Both the position numbers and the translations under genes were made by a program. This document shows positions 1-8,612 of a stretch of 27,551 nt of DNA, in pieces. The notes beneath the pieces were generated by a model, which worked only from the letters and a program-made list of their open reading frames with translations, had not been told where the DNA came from and did not search any database. This DNA is from Deltaproteobacteria bacterium (GTDB lineage: Bacteria > Myxococcota_A > UBA9160 > SMWR01), in assembly GCA_032128115.1 (NCBI GenBank), contig JAQBHB010000046.1:1-27551 (forward strand). The letters run 5' to 3'. Each line of letters starts with the position of its first letter. Positions within the stretch are counted from its first letter, which is position 1.

Positions 1-660
1 CGTCGCGAGTTTCCGAGAGCGGCCCGGATCGGGAGCGGCGAACGCGGACACCGGTTCGGCCCACGCTTCGCGCTCCCGCCCCTTCATGACCGCGCGCACG
101 TTCGAGGCTCCCTGCGGATCGCCCTGTTGCTCCAGCAGATCGGCCACCGTCTCGGTGGCGAAAGCCGAGCTGGGCGAGACCTCCAAGCCCGACCCGGGCC
201 GGGGGTCGGTGTAGCGCAGCACATCGGCCGCCACCCGGTCGGCATCCAGCATCTCGTCCCGTTCCGCCTCGGCGCGGTTGAAGGCCGACTCCAGCTCCTG
301 GTCGGTGACGATCTTCTCGAAGTCCGTCTGGAGGGCGTCGGGCTTCGGCAGCGATCCCACCGGGCCCAGGGGCATCACCTCCTCTTCGGATCTCGAGAGA
401 CCCAGCTCGTCTGCCAGCGCCTCCACCAGCACCTGGCGAGCCTCGTTGAGCCGCCCCTGGTCGATCAGGCCGAGACACAGGGCCATGACGCCGATGGGGT
501 TCCCGGGCTCGACTCCCAGCCCTTCGCGGGCCGCCTGCTCGGCCTCCAGCAGCAGCTCGCTTCGCCGCAGGGTCTCCGCCAACAGGGGCCACGCGGACGC
601 GTCGTGGGCCGTCTGGGCTTCCAGAGCGGCGATGCGTTCGTGTTTCGAAGCGTCGGACAC
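1..660 (-). CDS. TPR-like hypothetical protein, 3' end truncated by the window edge
   Basis: Absent from the ORF track because it has no stop in the window; translated by hand. GTG at 660 follows GAGGGAG and lies 9 nt after the aroB stop. Open for 220 codons: MSDASKHERIAALEAQ...WPLLAETLRRSELLLEAEQAAREGLGVEP (TPR-like helices), an acidic middle, and FATETVADLLEQQGD near the C-terminus. Confidence 0.75.
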   Translation of the reverse strand, partial: MSDASKHERIAALEAQTAHDASAWPLLAETLRRSELLLEAEQAAREGLGVEPGNPIGVMALCLGLIDQGRLNEARQVLVEALADELGLSRSEEEVMPLGPVGSLPKPDALQTDFEKIVTDQELESAFNRAEAERDEMLDADRVAADVLRYTDPRPGSGLEVSPSSAFATETVADLLEQQGDPQGASNVRAVMKGREREAWAEPVSAFAAPDPGRSRKLAT

Positions 661-669
661 GTGGCTCCC

Positions 670-1809
670 TCAGCGCTTGCGCCGGGCCTGTCGGGCCCGG
701 GACTTGCGGGCGATCCTCGCGGGCAGCCGGGCCAGGATCTCGTTCGGCGTGAGGAGCACCGTCTCGGCCCGACCGATCCCGCGAAGCACAATGTACCGGA
801 TGCGCGAATCCCGCCTCTTCTTATCGACTTTCAGCGCCGAGAGATAAGCGCTGCGAGGGTGCTCCGGCAGCTCATGGGGGAGACCCGACCGCCGCACCAG
901 CGACTCGATCCGCTCGGCCGTTCCCGCCGGGGCCAGCCCCAGGTCCTCGGAGCGCCGCGCCGCATAGACCATTCCCATGGCCACGGCTTCCCCGTGCAAC
1001 ACCTTGCGATAGCGGGCCAGGGTCTCCGCCGCATGGCCCAGGGTGTGGCCGAAGTTCAGGAGCATGCGCAAGCCGCCCTCGCGCTCATCCCGACTCACCA
1101 CGTCGGCCTTGATGGCGCAGGTGCGCTCCAGCATCGGAAGCAGCCGCTCCGGGTCGAGGCCCAGGATGGCGTCCACATCGCGCTCCAGCACCGCATAGAG
1201 ATCTGCGTCCGAGATCGCGGCGGTCTTGATTACCTCCGCGAAGCCCGCAGCCCGCTGGCGCGCGGGAAGCGAGCGCAGGGTGTTCGCATCGATCCAGACC
1301 AGACGGGGCTGGTGGAAGGCTCCCACCAGATTCTTGCCCTGAGGCAGATTGACACCGACCTTGCCCCCGACGCTGGAATCCACCATGGCCAGCAGCGTGG
1401 TCGGGACCTGTACGAACGAGACGCCGCGCAAAAAACTAGCGGCCGCGAAACCCGCCAGATCGCCGACCATGCCACCCCCGAGCGCCACGATCACGGTGTT
1501 GCGGTCGACTCCCCGATCCAGGAAGGCCTGGTAGAGGCGGCGCAGCTGATTCAGGTTCTTGCTGGCGTCTCCGGTGGGTACGTCGATGCGGTGGGCCTTC
1601 AAGCCCGCCTCGCGGAGCGAGCGCAGGAGCACTCCGGCGTAGCGACGCCCGATCGCCGGCTCGGTCACCACCAGGGCAGAGGTCGCCTTGGTGTGGCGCG
1701 CGATCTCGCTGCCGGCGGCCGGCAGCGTTCCGACGCCGATCTCGATCGGGTAGCTGCGCTCGCCCAGGCGAACCTCGACGCTTCTCGATCGGGAGCACGC
1801 GCCCTTCAC
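670..1809 (-). CDS. aroB: 3-dehydroquinate synthase
   Basis: Motifs ALGGGMVGDLAGFAAA, QVPTTLLAMVDSSVGGKVGVN, GKNLVGAFHQP, LLNFGHTLGHAAE and HGEAVAMGM. GTGA overlap with the aroK stop. Confidence 0.97.
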   Translation of the reverse strand: MKGACSRSRSVEVRLGERSYPIEIGVGTLPAAGSEIARHTKATSALVVTEPAIGRRYAGVLLRSLREAGLKAHRIDVPTGDASKNLNQLRRLYQAFLDRGVDRNTVIVALGGGMVGDLAGFAAASFLRGVSFVQVPTTLLAMVDSSVGGKVGVNLPQGKNLVGAFHQPRLVWIDANTLRSLPARQRAAGFAEVIKTAAISDADLYAVLERDVDAILGLDPERLLPMLERTCAIKADVVSRDEREGGLRMLLNFGHTLGHAAETLARYRKVLHGEAVAMGMVYAARRSEDLGLAPAGTAERIESLVRRSGLPHELPEHPRSAYLSALKVDKKRRDSRIRYIVLRGIGRAETVLLTPNEILARLPARIARKSRARQARRKR

Positions 1810-2348
1810 GTCCGCGCCTCCACGCCCCGCGCTTCGTCCAACGCCTGCATCACCCTCTCCACCACCTGCACCACACTGGCGTCGTCCGTGTCCACCGTGA
1901 CGTCAGCCAGCTCGTACGCCGCTCGCCGTTGCGCCAGCAGGCCGACCAGCCGGGCCCGTCGTTCCCCGGGCGCCGTGCCGCGCAGCAGCGGGCGGGCGTC
2001 GCAATCTCCCAGGCGCGCAAGCAGGGTGTCCGGCCGCGCCCGGAGATACACGACCGTGCCGGATCCGGAAAGGATCTCGCGAACACCGGACTCGGCGATC
2101 GCGCCACCACCCAGGGCCACCACCGCCTTGCGCCCCGCCACCGACTCCAGCGCCCGCCGTTCCCGCTCCCGGAAGGCCGCCTCGCCCTCCCGGTCGAAGA
2201 TCTCGGCGACGCTGCAGCCGGCTTCCTGCTCGACCTGCGCATCGGTGTCCAGGAAGCGCCACGCCAGGCGCCGTGCCAGCTCCGGGCCGACGGCGGATTT
2301 GCCCGAGCCCATCATGCCGACGAGCCACACCGTCCGCTTTCCCCTCAC
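1806..2348 (-). CDS. aroK: Shikimate kinase
   Basis: Walker A GMMGSGKS, FLDTD, GEAAFRERE, ALGGG and RPLL; 180 aa; directly upstream of aroB. Confidence 0.96.
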   Translation of the reverse strand: MRGKRTVWLVGMMGSGKSAVGPELARRLAWRFLDTDAQVEQEAGCSVAEIFDREGEAAFRERERRALESVAGRKAVVALGGGAIAESGVREILSGSGTVVYLRARPDTLLARLGDCDARPLLRGTAPGERRARLVGLLAQRRAAYELADVTVDTDDASVVQVVERVMQALDEARGVEART

Positions 2349-2355
2349 TGGCCGC

Positions 2356-2361
2356 AGTATA
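2356..2361 (-). promoter_or_regulatory. Candidate -10 box (TATACT) for a leaderless aroK transcript
   Basis: Minus strand reads TATACT-gcggcca-GTG, so the box is 7 nt before the aroK start. No Shine-Dalgarno and no clear -35. Lies immediately downstream of the pilQ terminator. Confidence 0.55.
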
Positions 2362-2366
2362 GACGC

Positions 2367-2405
2367 AAAAACCGGGGGGAGCCGAAAGCTCCCCCCGGTA
2401 TTTTT
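2367..2405 (-). terminator. Intrinsic terminator after pilQ, possibly bidirectional
   Basis: Perfect 12-bp stem ACCGGGGGGAGC (2371-2382) / GCTCCCCCCGGT (2388-2399) with a 5-nt loop. A-run on the left gives the U-tract for the minus strand; there is a T-run on the right. About 20 nt past the pilQ stop. Confidence 0.88.
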
Positions 2406-2419
2406 CGATTCGACTGGAA

Positions 2420-5400
2420 TCAGCCGCCCGAAATCGGGGTCGATGTCACGATCGTCGGCGACACGAAGATCAGCAGTTCCTTGCGGCTTTCGCTGACCTC
2501 ATCGCTCCGGAACGCCCCTCCAAGGATCGGGATCCTGTGAAGGTACGGAACCCGCGACTGGCGCTGCGACTTGTCTATCACGTAGATGCCACCCAGAACC
2601 AGGGTGCGGCCGTCCTTGACCAGCGTCTCGGTCTTCACCTGGTTCTTGGCGATGGCCGGTGAACCCGTCAGGGTGAACACGCTGTCGTCCGGCGCGTTCC
2701 GGCTCACCTCGATCTCCATGATGATGCTGCGATCGGCCGTGATGTGCGGCTTCACCTGCAATTTCAGCACCGCATCCACGAACTCGAGACCGGCGTCTCC
2801 GTTCTCGAACGTCTGGAACGGAATCGACACGCCCTGCTCGATCTTCGCCTGGGTGTTGTCGAGGGTCACGATCCGCGGACTCGAGATGACCTTGCCATCA
2901 CCATTGACCTCGGCGGCCTGGAGCTGAACGTCCAGGTTGATGCGCTCATCCAGCAGGAACGCACCGAGGTTGGCCAGGGCCGTCGGCCCCGCCGTGATCG
3001 GGTTGGCGCTCGAGAAGTTGTTCGTGTCGTGGAGACGGAACTGGGGATAACCCAGGTCCTGGCTCGCGCCACTGCCCGAATCGAAACCATCGACCAGCGG
3101 CTGGCCGCCAACCGACCACACGGAACCGAACTCCCGGGAGAAGTCGAGACTGGCCTCGACGATCTTCGCCTCGATCATCACCTGCGGCGTCTGGGTGTCG
3201 ATCGCCTTCACCAGGGCGGTGGCCTCGTCGACCACTGATGCGATGTCCTTGATGATCAGGGTGTTGGTGCGCGTGTCTGTGTTGACCGTTCCGCGAGCCG
3301 TCAGCAGACGCTGCACCATGGACGACACATCGCCCACGTTCGCGTAGTTGACCGGCTGCAGCTTGACCACCAGATCCTCGAGCTTCTCCTTGGCCCGACG
3401 ATCCTGGAGGCGCGACTCGTCTTCCGACTTGATCACGCCAGCGGGCGCCACGCGGAGCACGTTGCCGATCCGCATGAATCCCAGGTTCTTGGTCAGCAGG
3501 ATTACGTCCAGGGCCTGGTCCCACGGCACGTCCACCAGGCGGATCGTCACGTTGCCCTTGACCTCGTCGCCGGCGATCACGTTGAGGTCGGAGACCTCTG
3601 CGATCAAGCGAAGCACGTCGGCGATGTCGACTTCCTTGAAGTCGAGTGAGATCCGGCGGCCCATGTACTCCTTGCCATTGACGAGACCACCCTCCTGCAG
3701 CAGATCGATCGCCGCAGGCGGCTCCAGGGATGCCGGCGGAGCGCCGCCTCCCATGGTCGCAGGCATGATCGACGCCGGCATCGGAGGCAGATCGCCCACG
3801 GACAGGCCGCCCGGCCCGGGAACGCCGACCGCAGCCACCACGGGCGCGTCCCGAACCACCGGTGCGTCGGGCATGGACCCGGGCCCGGTCTCGAGGCTCG
3901 GGGCTTCGACGAAGGAGTCGTCGACCACCCACTCCGACTCTTCCGCTACGCCCGGAACGGCCGAGAGAATCGGCGGGCGAGCCGCCGTGGCCGTGCGCGG
4001 GAAGTCCACGAACAGCATGGGGCCCCGTCGCGTGATGTCCGGCATCAGGCCAGAAGCTCGCTGAATCACGACGCGAACCTCGGGCGACCCGGTTTCCGGC
4101 TGGGAGAATGCGGTGACGAGAGAAACCGGACCTGGCACCTCCGGTGCGATCCGGACTTCCGCCTCGGGATCGATGTTCGCGCCTGAGAAGCTCAGAACCA
4201 TCGTCTCCGGGTTCGGCTCGTAGACCACGTAGTCCACCGGGCGATCACCCACGACGACGATCCGGTCGCGTTCGGCCTGGTTGTCGAACTCGACGCCGTA
4301 GATCGTCACCACGCCGCCGTCACCGACCCCGATCCGCCCGGGCTCGGCTGCCGACGCGGCGTCTTCGGCCTGCGCAAGCCCCTCGCTGCCGTCGGCTGCC
4401 TCTTCCCAGACATCCCCGTCGGTCGCCGCCGGCCATTCTTCGGCCGTCGTCTGCGCCCAGTCGGCCTCGGAGCCCTCGCCCCCCGAGGCGCCCGCCATTT
4501 CGGGAGCTTCGGTTCTTGAGCCCTCCAGGTCGAATGCCACGGGCTCATCCAAGGAGGGCGCCGAAACGCCGATCCCCGCAATCGCCGCATCCATCGACTC
4601 GCCGTTACCCAGGGCGATGGCCAGGCCATCCGGTGCCGGGACGATCATCCGGGTCTCGAAGGGGCCAACCGCCTCACCCGCGTCGATCACCACGCGCACC
4701 ATGCCGGCGTGCTGTCCCACGCGCACACGTCGCGCCTGCGGCAGGTCCAGGTCGATGCTTCCCTTCTTCATCTCGTTCAGCATCTCGGGCAGGTCCACCA
4801 CCAGCCGCGGCGGGTCCTCGAGCGTGAAGGTCACCGCGCTGGCAATGCTTCCATCTCCGCGAAGATGGATCAGCGCGCCGTCCCCCGTCTCCTCCACGTC
4901 GACACCCAGCAGGCGTGTGGCCTCCGGAGCATTCCAGGTGATCGACGGCTCGGACTCAGCCGGGCTCTCCATCTCCATCGCCCAGGGGTCGTCGCCCAGC
5001 GTCTCGTCGCCGAACTCTTCGGTGCCGGCGTTCCCCGTCAGGGGTACGATTTCCACGCTGAGGACCCCGTCGCGGGTCACCACCTTGAAGTCAGCCGGAA
5101 CCGCGAGCAGAACCTCGACGCGTGTCATGGCGTCGCCGATGCCCGTCGCGAAGGCGCTCACGGAGACCTGCTCCACCAGTCCGTCCTGGACGGTCATGGG
5201 CTCCATCGGTTCCACCGGCGGAACCGACGCCAGATCCACCATCACCCGATTCGGATTCCCCTGTGCGAAAGCCGTGAAGACGGGTTGATCCAGGCCCGTA
5301 AGGTGGACGACGGTCGACCCGCCCAGGGTCTCGACGCTTACGCCGAACCCAGAATTCATCACTTCCGGCCCAGACGGAGCCTTGCCCTTCGACGCCGCGC

Positions 5401-5482
5401 AAGCAACCACGCCAGCCACCAGCAGCACTGCCGCCGCCAGTCCAACGTACCGCCTGACGATGCCGCTATTGGGTCCCAGCAT
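2420..5482 (-). CDS. pilQ: Type IV pilus secretin PilQ with N-terminal lipobox and about three AMIN-like domains
   Basis: ISLDFKEVDIADVLRLIAEVSDLNVI, VTIRLVDVPWDQALD, QVMIEAKIVEA, SSPRIVTLDN and C-terminal VPYLHRIPILGGAFR..ELLIFVSP. AMIN-like signatures PNRVMVDL, FTLEDPPRLVVDLP/VRVGQH and VRVVI. Last gene of pilMNOPQ. Confidence 0.96.
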   Translation of the reverse strand: MLGPNSGIVRRYVGLAAAVLLVAGVVACAASKGKAPSGPEVMNSGFGVSVETLGGSTVVHLTGLDQPVFTAFAQGNPNRVMVDLASVPPVEPMEPMTVQDGLVEQVSVSAFATGIGDAMTRVEVLLAVPADFKVVTRDGVLSVEIVPLTGNAGTEEFGDETLGDDPWAMEMESPAESEPSITWNAPEATRLLGVDVEETGDGALIHLRGDGSIASAVTFTLEDPPRLVVDLPEMLNEMKKGSIDLDLPQARRVRVGQHAGMVRVVIDAGEAVGPFETRMIVPAPDGLAIALGNGESMDAAIAGIGVSAPSLDEPVAFDLEGSRTEAPEMAGASGGEGSEADWAQTTAEEWPAATDGDVWEEAADGSEGLAQAEDAASAAEPGRIGVGDGGVVTIYGVEFDNQAERDRIVVVGDRPVDYVVYEPNPETMVLSFSGANIDPEAEVRIAPEVPGPVSLVTAFSQPETGSPEVRVVIQRASGLMPDITRRGPMLFVDFPRTATAARPPILSAVPGVAEESEWVVDDSFVEAPSLETGPGSMPDAPVVRDAPVVAAVGVPGPGGLSVGDLPPMPASIMPATMGGGAPPASLEPPAAIDLLQEGGLVNGKEYMGRRISLDFKEVDIADVLRLIAEVSDLNVIAGDEVKGNVTIRLVDVPWDQALDVILLTKNLGFMRIGNVLRVAPAGVIKSEDESRLQDRRAKEKLEDLVVKLQPVNYANVGDVSSMVQRLLTARGTVNTDTRTNTLIIKDIASVVDEATALVKAIDTQTPQVMIEAKIVEASLDFSREFGSVWSVGGQPLVDGFDSGSGASQDLGYPQFRLHDTNNFSSANPITAGPTALANLGAFLLDERINLDVQLQAAEVNGDGKVISSPRIVTLDNTQAKIEQGVSIPFQTFENGDAGLEFVDAVLKLQVKPHITADRSIIMEIEVSRNAPDDSVFTLTGSPAIAKNQVKTETLVKDGRTLVLGGIYVIDKSQRQSRVPYLHRIPILGGAFRSDEVSESRKELLIFVSPTIVTSTPISGG

Positions 5483-5488
5483 CGGAAC

Positions 5489-6034
5489 TCACCCCCCTTC
5501 GTCCAAACGAATTCGCATTTCGACGTCCCGAGTCGTCTTCTGACCGCCGAAATCTTCGTAGGTCTCTTTGACCACGATCAAGTTGTCTTCGATCTTCGTG
5601 ACTTCACCCGAGTTCTTGCCGACCCGGGTCCCACGGCCAATGATGAAGCTCTGGCCGGAGGGGTCCTGGACCAACGCTCGCGCGTTGCCCGTGGACCAGA
5701 TCACTGCCAGAACCGAGAGCTGGGCCACGTCGAACTGCTCGAGCGGCCCTCGCATCTCCGCTGACTCGTCCGGCGTGTCCCAGATGAAGGAGCGGAACGG
5801 GTCGCGCTTTCCCTTGGCGGAATACGAGTACCCGGACGCGACGGCGGCGAACTTCGTGACGTCTTCAGCCGGCTTCGCGCCCTGCTTCTTGCGAACCTCG
5901 TTCTTCGCAAGGCGCTCCTTCAACTCGCTCCGCCGCTGGTCGAACTCGGTCGTCGTCGGGCCTGACTGGAGTTCTTCCTGACACCCGGTGAGTGCCAAGA
6001 CGGCCAGAACCAGCAACGTCTGGATGATTTTCAC
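5489..6034 (-). CDS. pilP: Type IV pilus assembly lipoprotein PilP
   Basis: Lipobox LTGC; YSAKGKRDPFRS, PLEQFDVAQLSVLAVIW, ALVQDPSG, GTRVGKNSG. Start placed at GTG 6034 (GAGGGG upstream); ATG 6052 is an alternative. Confidence 0.93.
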   Translation of the reverse strand: MKIIQTLLVLAVLALTGCQEELQSGPTTTEFDQRRSELKERLAKNEVRKKQGAKPAEDVTKFAAVASGYSYSAKGKRDPFRSFIWDTPDESAEMRGPLEQFDVAQLSVLAVIWSTGNARALVQDPSGQSFIIGRGTRVGKNSGEVTKIEDNLIVVKETYEDFGGQKTTRDVEMRIRLDEGG

Positions 6035-6074
6035 GCTACCCCTCGCGCGCATGACACTCGCTTCCCGATTCCAC

Positions 6075-6671
6075 CTACGCATTGCCGCCTTCGACGAATC
6101 GGAAGGTGGTGGCGGTGCCGGAAATCTTGAGCCACGTGTTCTGCGTGTTCTCCCGCACCACGCCCATGGTGAGGGCCCCCATGTTCACGATCCGGGGAAG
6201 CCGCGCCATCATGTCGAAGAACCGGGCGATGTCGTGATAGGTGCCCTCGATCGCGATCGAGATCGGCACCTCGGCGTAGAAGCCGCGCACCACTTCATCC
6301 TGGCGCCGGAACGATTTGATCTCGATGCCGACCGTCTTGCCCAGATTGCTGATGTCCGTGAGCAGGACCTCCAGCTGCTTCTTGTTGGGAAGCTGCCGGA
6401 TCACCAACTTCAGGCGCGTCTCGAGCTGCCCGATCTCCGCCTCGAAAGCCTCCACATTGGAAGCCACCGAGCGCACCTCGCTGAGCTTGCGCTGCAGCTC
6501 CTGCTCCTGACCGTGGAGTCGCACCAGCTCCTCGCGAGAGCTCTGGTGGAAGCCGAAGAAGTACGCCGCCGCCACCATTCCGGCGACCGCAAGCGACACA
6601 GCGGCCCGAGCCGCCTTGGGTAGCTTCAGGAATCCGTCGAGCTTCCCCTGAACCTCGGAGCTCACTTCCAT
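6075..6671 (-). CDS. pilO: Type IV pilus assembly protein PilO
   Basis: Single N-terminal TM, coiled coil, QLPNKKQLEVLLTDIS, FYAEVPISIAIEGTYHDIARFF..LPRIVN; lies between pilN and pilP. Confidence 0.95.
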   Translation of the reverse strand: MEVSSEVQGKLDGFLKLPKAARAAVSLAVAGMVAAAYFFGFHQSSREELVRLHGQEQELQRKLSEVRSVASNVEAFEAEIGQLETRLKLVIRQLPNKKQLEVLLTDISNLGKTVGIEIKSFRRQDEVVRGFYAEVPISIAIEGTYHDIARFFDMMARLPRIVNMGALTMGVVRENTQNTWLKISGTATTFRFVEGGNA

Positions 6672-6685
6672 GGGTCCAGACCTCC

Positions 6686-7255
6686 TCAGCCGGTCTTTTT
6701 CTCGTCGCCCTTGGGGGTGACGAGTTCGGCGTGAATGTCGAAGCTGACGAGCCGCAGGCCGTTCGTTTCCTTGCCCAGCTCGGTACTGTCGAGTTCCACG
6801 TTCGTGAAGAACTCGGACTCACCGAGCGCCTTCAGGAACTGAGCGACGATTTCGTTGTCCAGGCTCTCGCCCTTGAGCGTGATCCTCGTGCCTTGGGTGA
6901 CCAGCGAGCTGAGCCACAAGCGCTCTGGCGTTCGACTCGCGAGCTCGTCCATGATCCGAACCGGACCCGAGCGAGCGCGATCCAACCCGTCGATCACGTC
7001 GATTTTCTTCTGGAGGTTCGCCTTGCGACTCCGGAACTCGGCAACCTTCGCGAGCTGCGGCTTGAACTGCTCGATATCGGTCTCCATCTGGCGCACCCGA
7101 GCGGCTGCCAGATCCAGCTCATCGCTGATTCGCGAGTGAACGATCGTGGCGCCACCGATCGTGATCAGCAGAACCAGGGCCAGCTGCATCGCCACTTCGC
7201 GCAGATCGGCCTTGCGCCGGGCTTCGCGAACCGGGAGTAGGTTGATCTCGATCAT
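6686..7255 (-). CDS. pilN: Type IV pilus assembly protein PilN
   Basis: N-terminal PilM-binding motif MIEINLLP, TM, coiled coil, PERLWLSSL. ATGA overlap with pilM. Confidence 0.95.
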   Translation of the reverse strand: MIEINLLPVREARRKADLREVAMQLALVLLITIGGATIVHSRISDELDLAAARVRQMETDIEQFKPQLAKVAEFRSRKANLQKKIDVIDGLDRARSGPVRIMDELASRTPERLWLSSLVTQGTRITLKGESLDNEIVAQFLKALGESEFFTNVELDSTELGKETNGLRLVSFDIHAELVTPKGDEKKTG

Positions 7256-8322
7256 CGGATTTCCGATCGACGGGCGGCAAGCCCAACACTCACGCCAAGC
7301 GACGGAGCGATCTCGTCCAGGAATTCCGGCTCGAACCTGTTTGTCGGAGTCATCCGGTTCAAGGGATTCAGGACCTCACAGTCGAGCCCCGTTCGTTCGC
7401 GGAACGCCGCTAGGAACCCCGCCACGTTCACGCTTCCCCCGGAGAGCAGCACACGGCCGATTCGGCTGTCGGCGCTCGTGGCCGAGAAGAAATCGAGAGA
7501 ACGGCTGATTTCGCTGATCACGGTTTCGGTGACCGCCTGCATCGCTTTCTCGACCTCCTGAGGCACGACCTCCTGGCTGTCTTCCGCCCCCCTTCCACCG
7601 AGTTTGATGCGCTCGGCTTCCTCGAAGCTGATCGAGAGGGCCTTCTGGATTTCTTCGGTGTACTGGTTTCCGGCGGTGGTGATGTCGCGGGTGAAGCAGG
7701 GTGTACCCTGGACGAGCACGTTGATGTTCACGACCTGCGCCCCGATATTGATCAGAGCCACCACCTCGTCCCGGTTGAGCTCGTAATTCACCTCGAAGGC
7801 GTTCTCGACCGCGAAGGCTGCGACGTCGATCACAGCCGGCGTGAGGCCCGCTTCGGAGATCACCTGCACGTAATCGTCGATCAGGTCCTTCTTGGCAGCC
7901 ACCAGGAGGACGTCCATCTGGCCTTCCTGGGCACTTGCGTCCAGGATCTGGAAATCGAGATTGACCTCGTTCACATCGAACGGGATGTACTGCTCCGCCT
8001 CCCAGCGGATCTGCTCGTCGAGCTCTTCGTGGGTCATGGTCGGAAGGCTCACCTTCTTGACGATGACCGAGTGGCCACACACGGCAGCCGCGACGTTCTT
8101 GGTCTTGATCTTCGCGGAGTCGATCGCTTCCCGGATGGCGTCCACGATCGCGCTCGAGTTCAAGAAGGCCCCCTGGACGATGGCCTCCGGGGCGAGCTTC
8201 GCGATCCCCACGTGGGTCAGCTCGAAGTCATTGCCCTTCATCGTGATCTCGACCGCCTTCACGGTCGAGGACCCGATGTCCAGGCCGACGATCGATTTTG
8301 AGCCACCGAACGGATTCCTCAT
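7252..8322 (-). CDS. pilM: Type IV pilus assembly protein PilM (actin/FtsA-like)
   Basis: VGLDIGSSTVKAVE, EAEQYIPFDVNEVNLDFQIL, VLLVAAKK, LINIGA and LLSGG. Confidence 0.97.
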   Translation of the reverse strand: MRNPFGGSKSIVGLDIGSSTVKAVEITMKGNDFELTHVGIAKLAPEAIVQGAFLNSSAIVDAIREAIDSAKIKTKNVAAAVCGHSVIVKKVSLPTMTHEELDEQIRWEAEQYIPFDVNEVNLDFQILDASAQEGQMDVLLVAAKKDLIDDYVQVISEAGLTPAVIDVAAFAVENAFEVNYELNRDEVVALINIGAQVVNINVLVQGTPCFTRDITTAGNQYTEEIQKALSISFEEAERIKLGGRGAEDSQEVVPQEVEKAMQAVTETVISEISRSLDFFSATSADSRIGRVLLSGGSVNVAGFLAAFRERTGLDCEVLNPLNRMTPTNRFEPEFLDEIAPSLGVSVGLAARRSEIR

Positions 8323-8339
8323 GCTTGCCCCCGATATCC

Positions 8340-8591
8340 CTACGCGAGCTCGGCCCGTTCATCCAACGTCACTGGTCTGACGGTGGCGACGCCGAGGCCT
8401 CCGAAAACCTGATCTTTGTCCGTGATCTTGAGACCGAGCGCGAGAAGGATCTTGCGCTTGGTATCGAGACGACACGGACGCCCCGCTTCGACACGATCGA
8501 TGGTGAGCGTCGAAAGGCCCGCCTTTCGGGCGAGCTCCGCCTTGCTCATCATCTGCGCCTCGCGAAAGCGCTGAACGTTGTTGTTGGGCAC
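8340..8591 (-). CDS. Small XRE/Cro-family helix-turn-helix protein (about 83 aa), first gene of the pilM operon
   Basis: NNVQRFREAQMMSKAELARKAGLSTLTIDRVEAG is a typical XRE HTH pattern. GTG 8591 is preceded by GAGAGGGG; 17 nt gap to pilM. Confidence 0.88.
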   Translation of the reverse strand: MPNNNVQRFREAQMMSKAELARKAGLSTLTIDRVEAGRPCRLDTKRKILLALGLKITDKDQVFGGLGVATVRPVTLDERAELA

Positions 8592-8612
8592 GTGTTCCCC
8601 TCTCACGCTGGT

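Noticed and set aside
127..2496. 789-aa + strand ORF and the many other long antisense or off-frame ORFs (e.g. 8578-10557, 12776-14356, 18391-20202, 23483-25021)
   Set aside because: They shadow well-supported genes, are rich in Arg/Gly/Pro/His without recognisable motifs, and are expected in high-GC DNA where stop codons are scarce.
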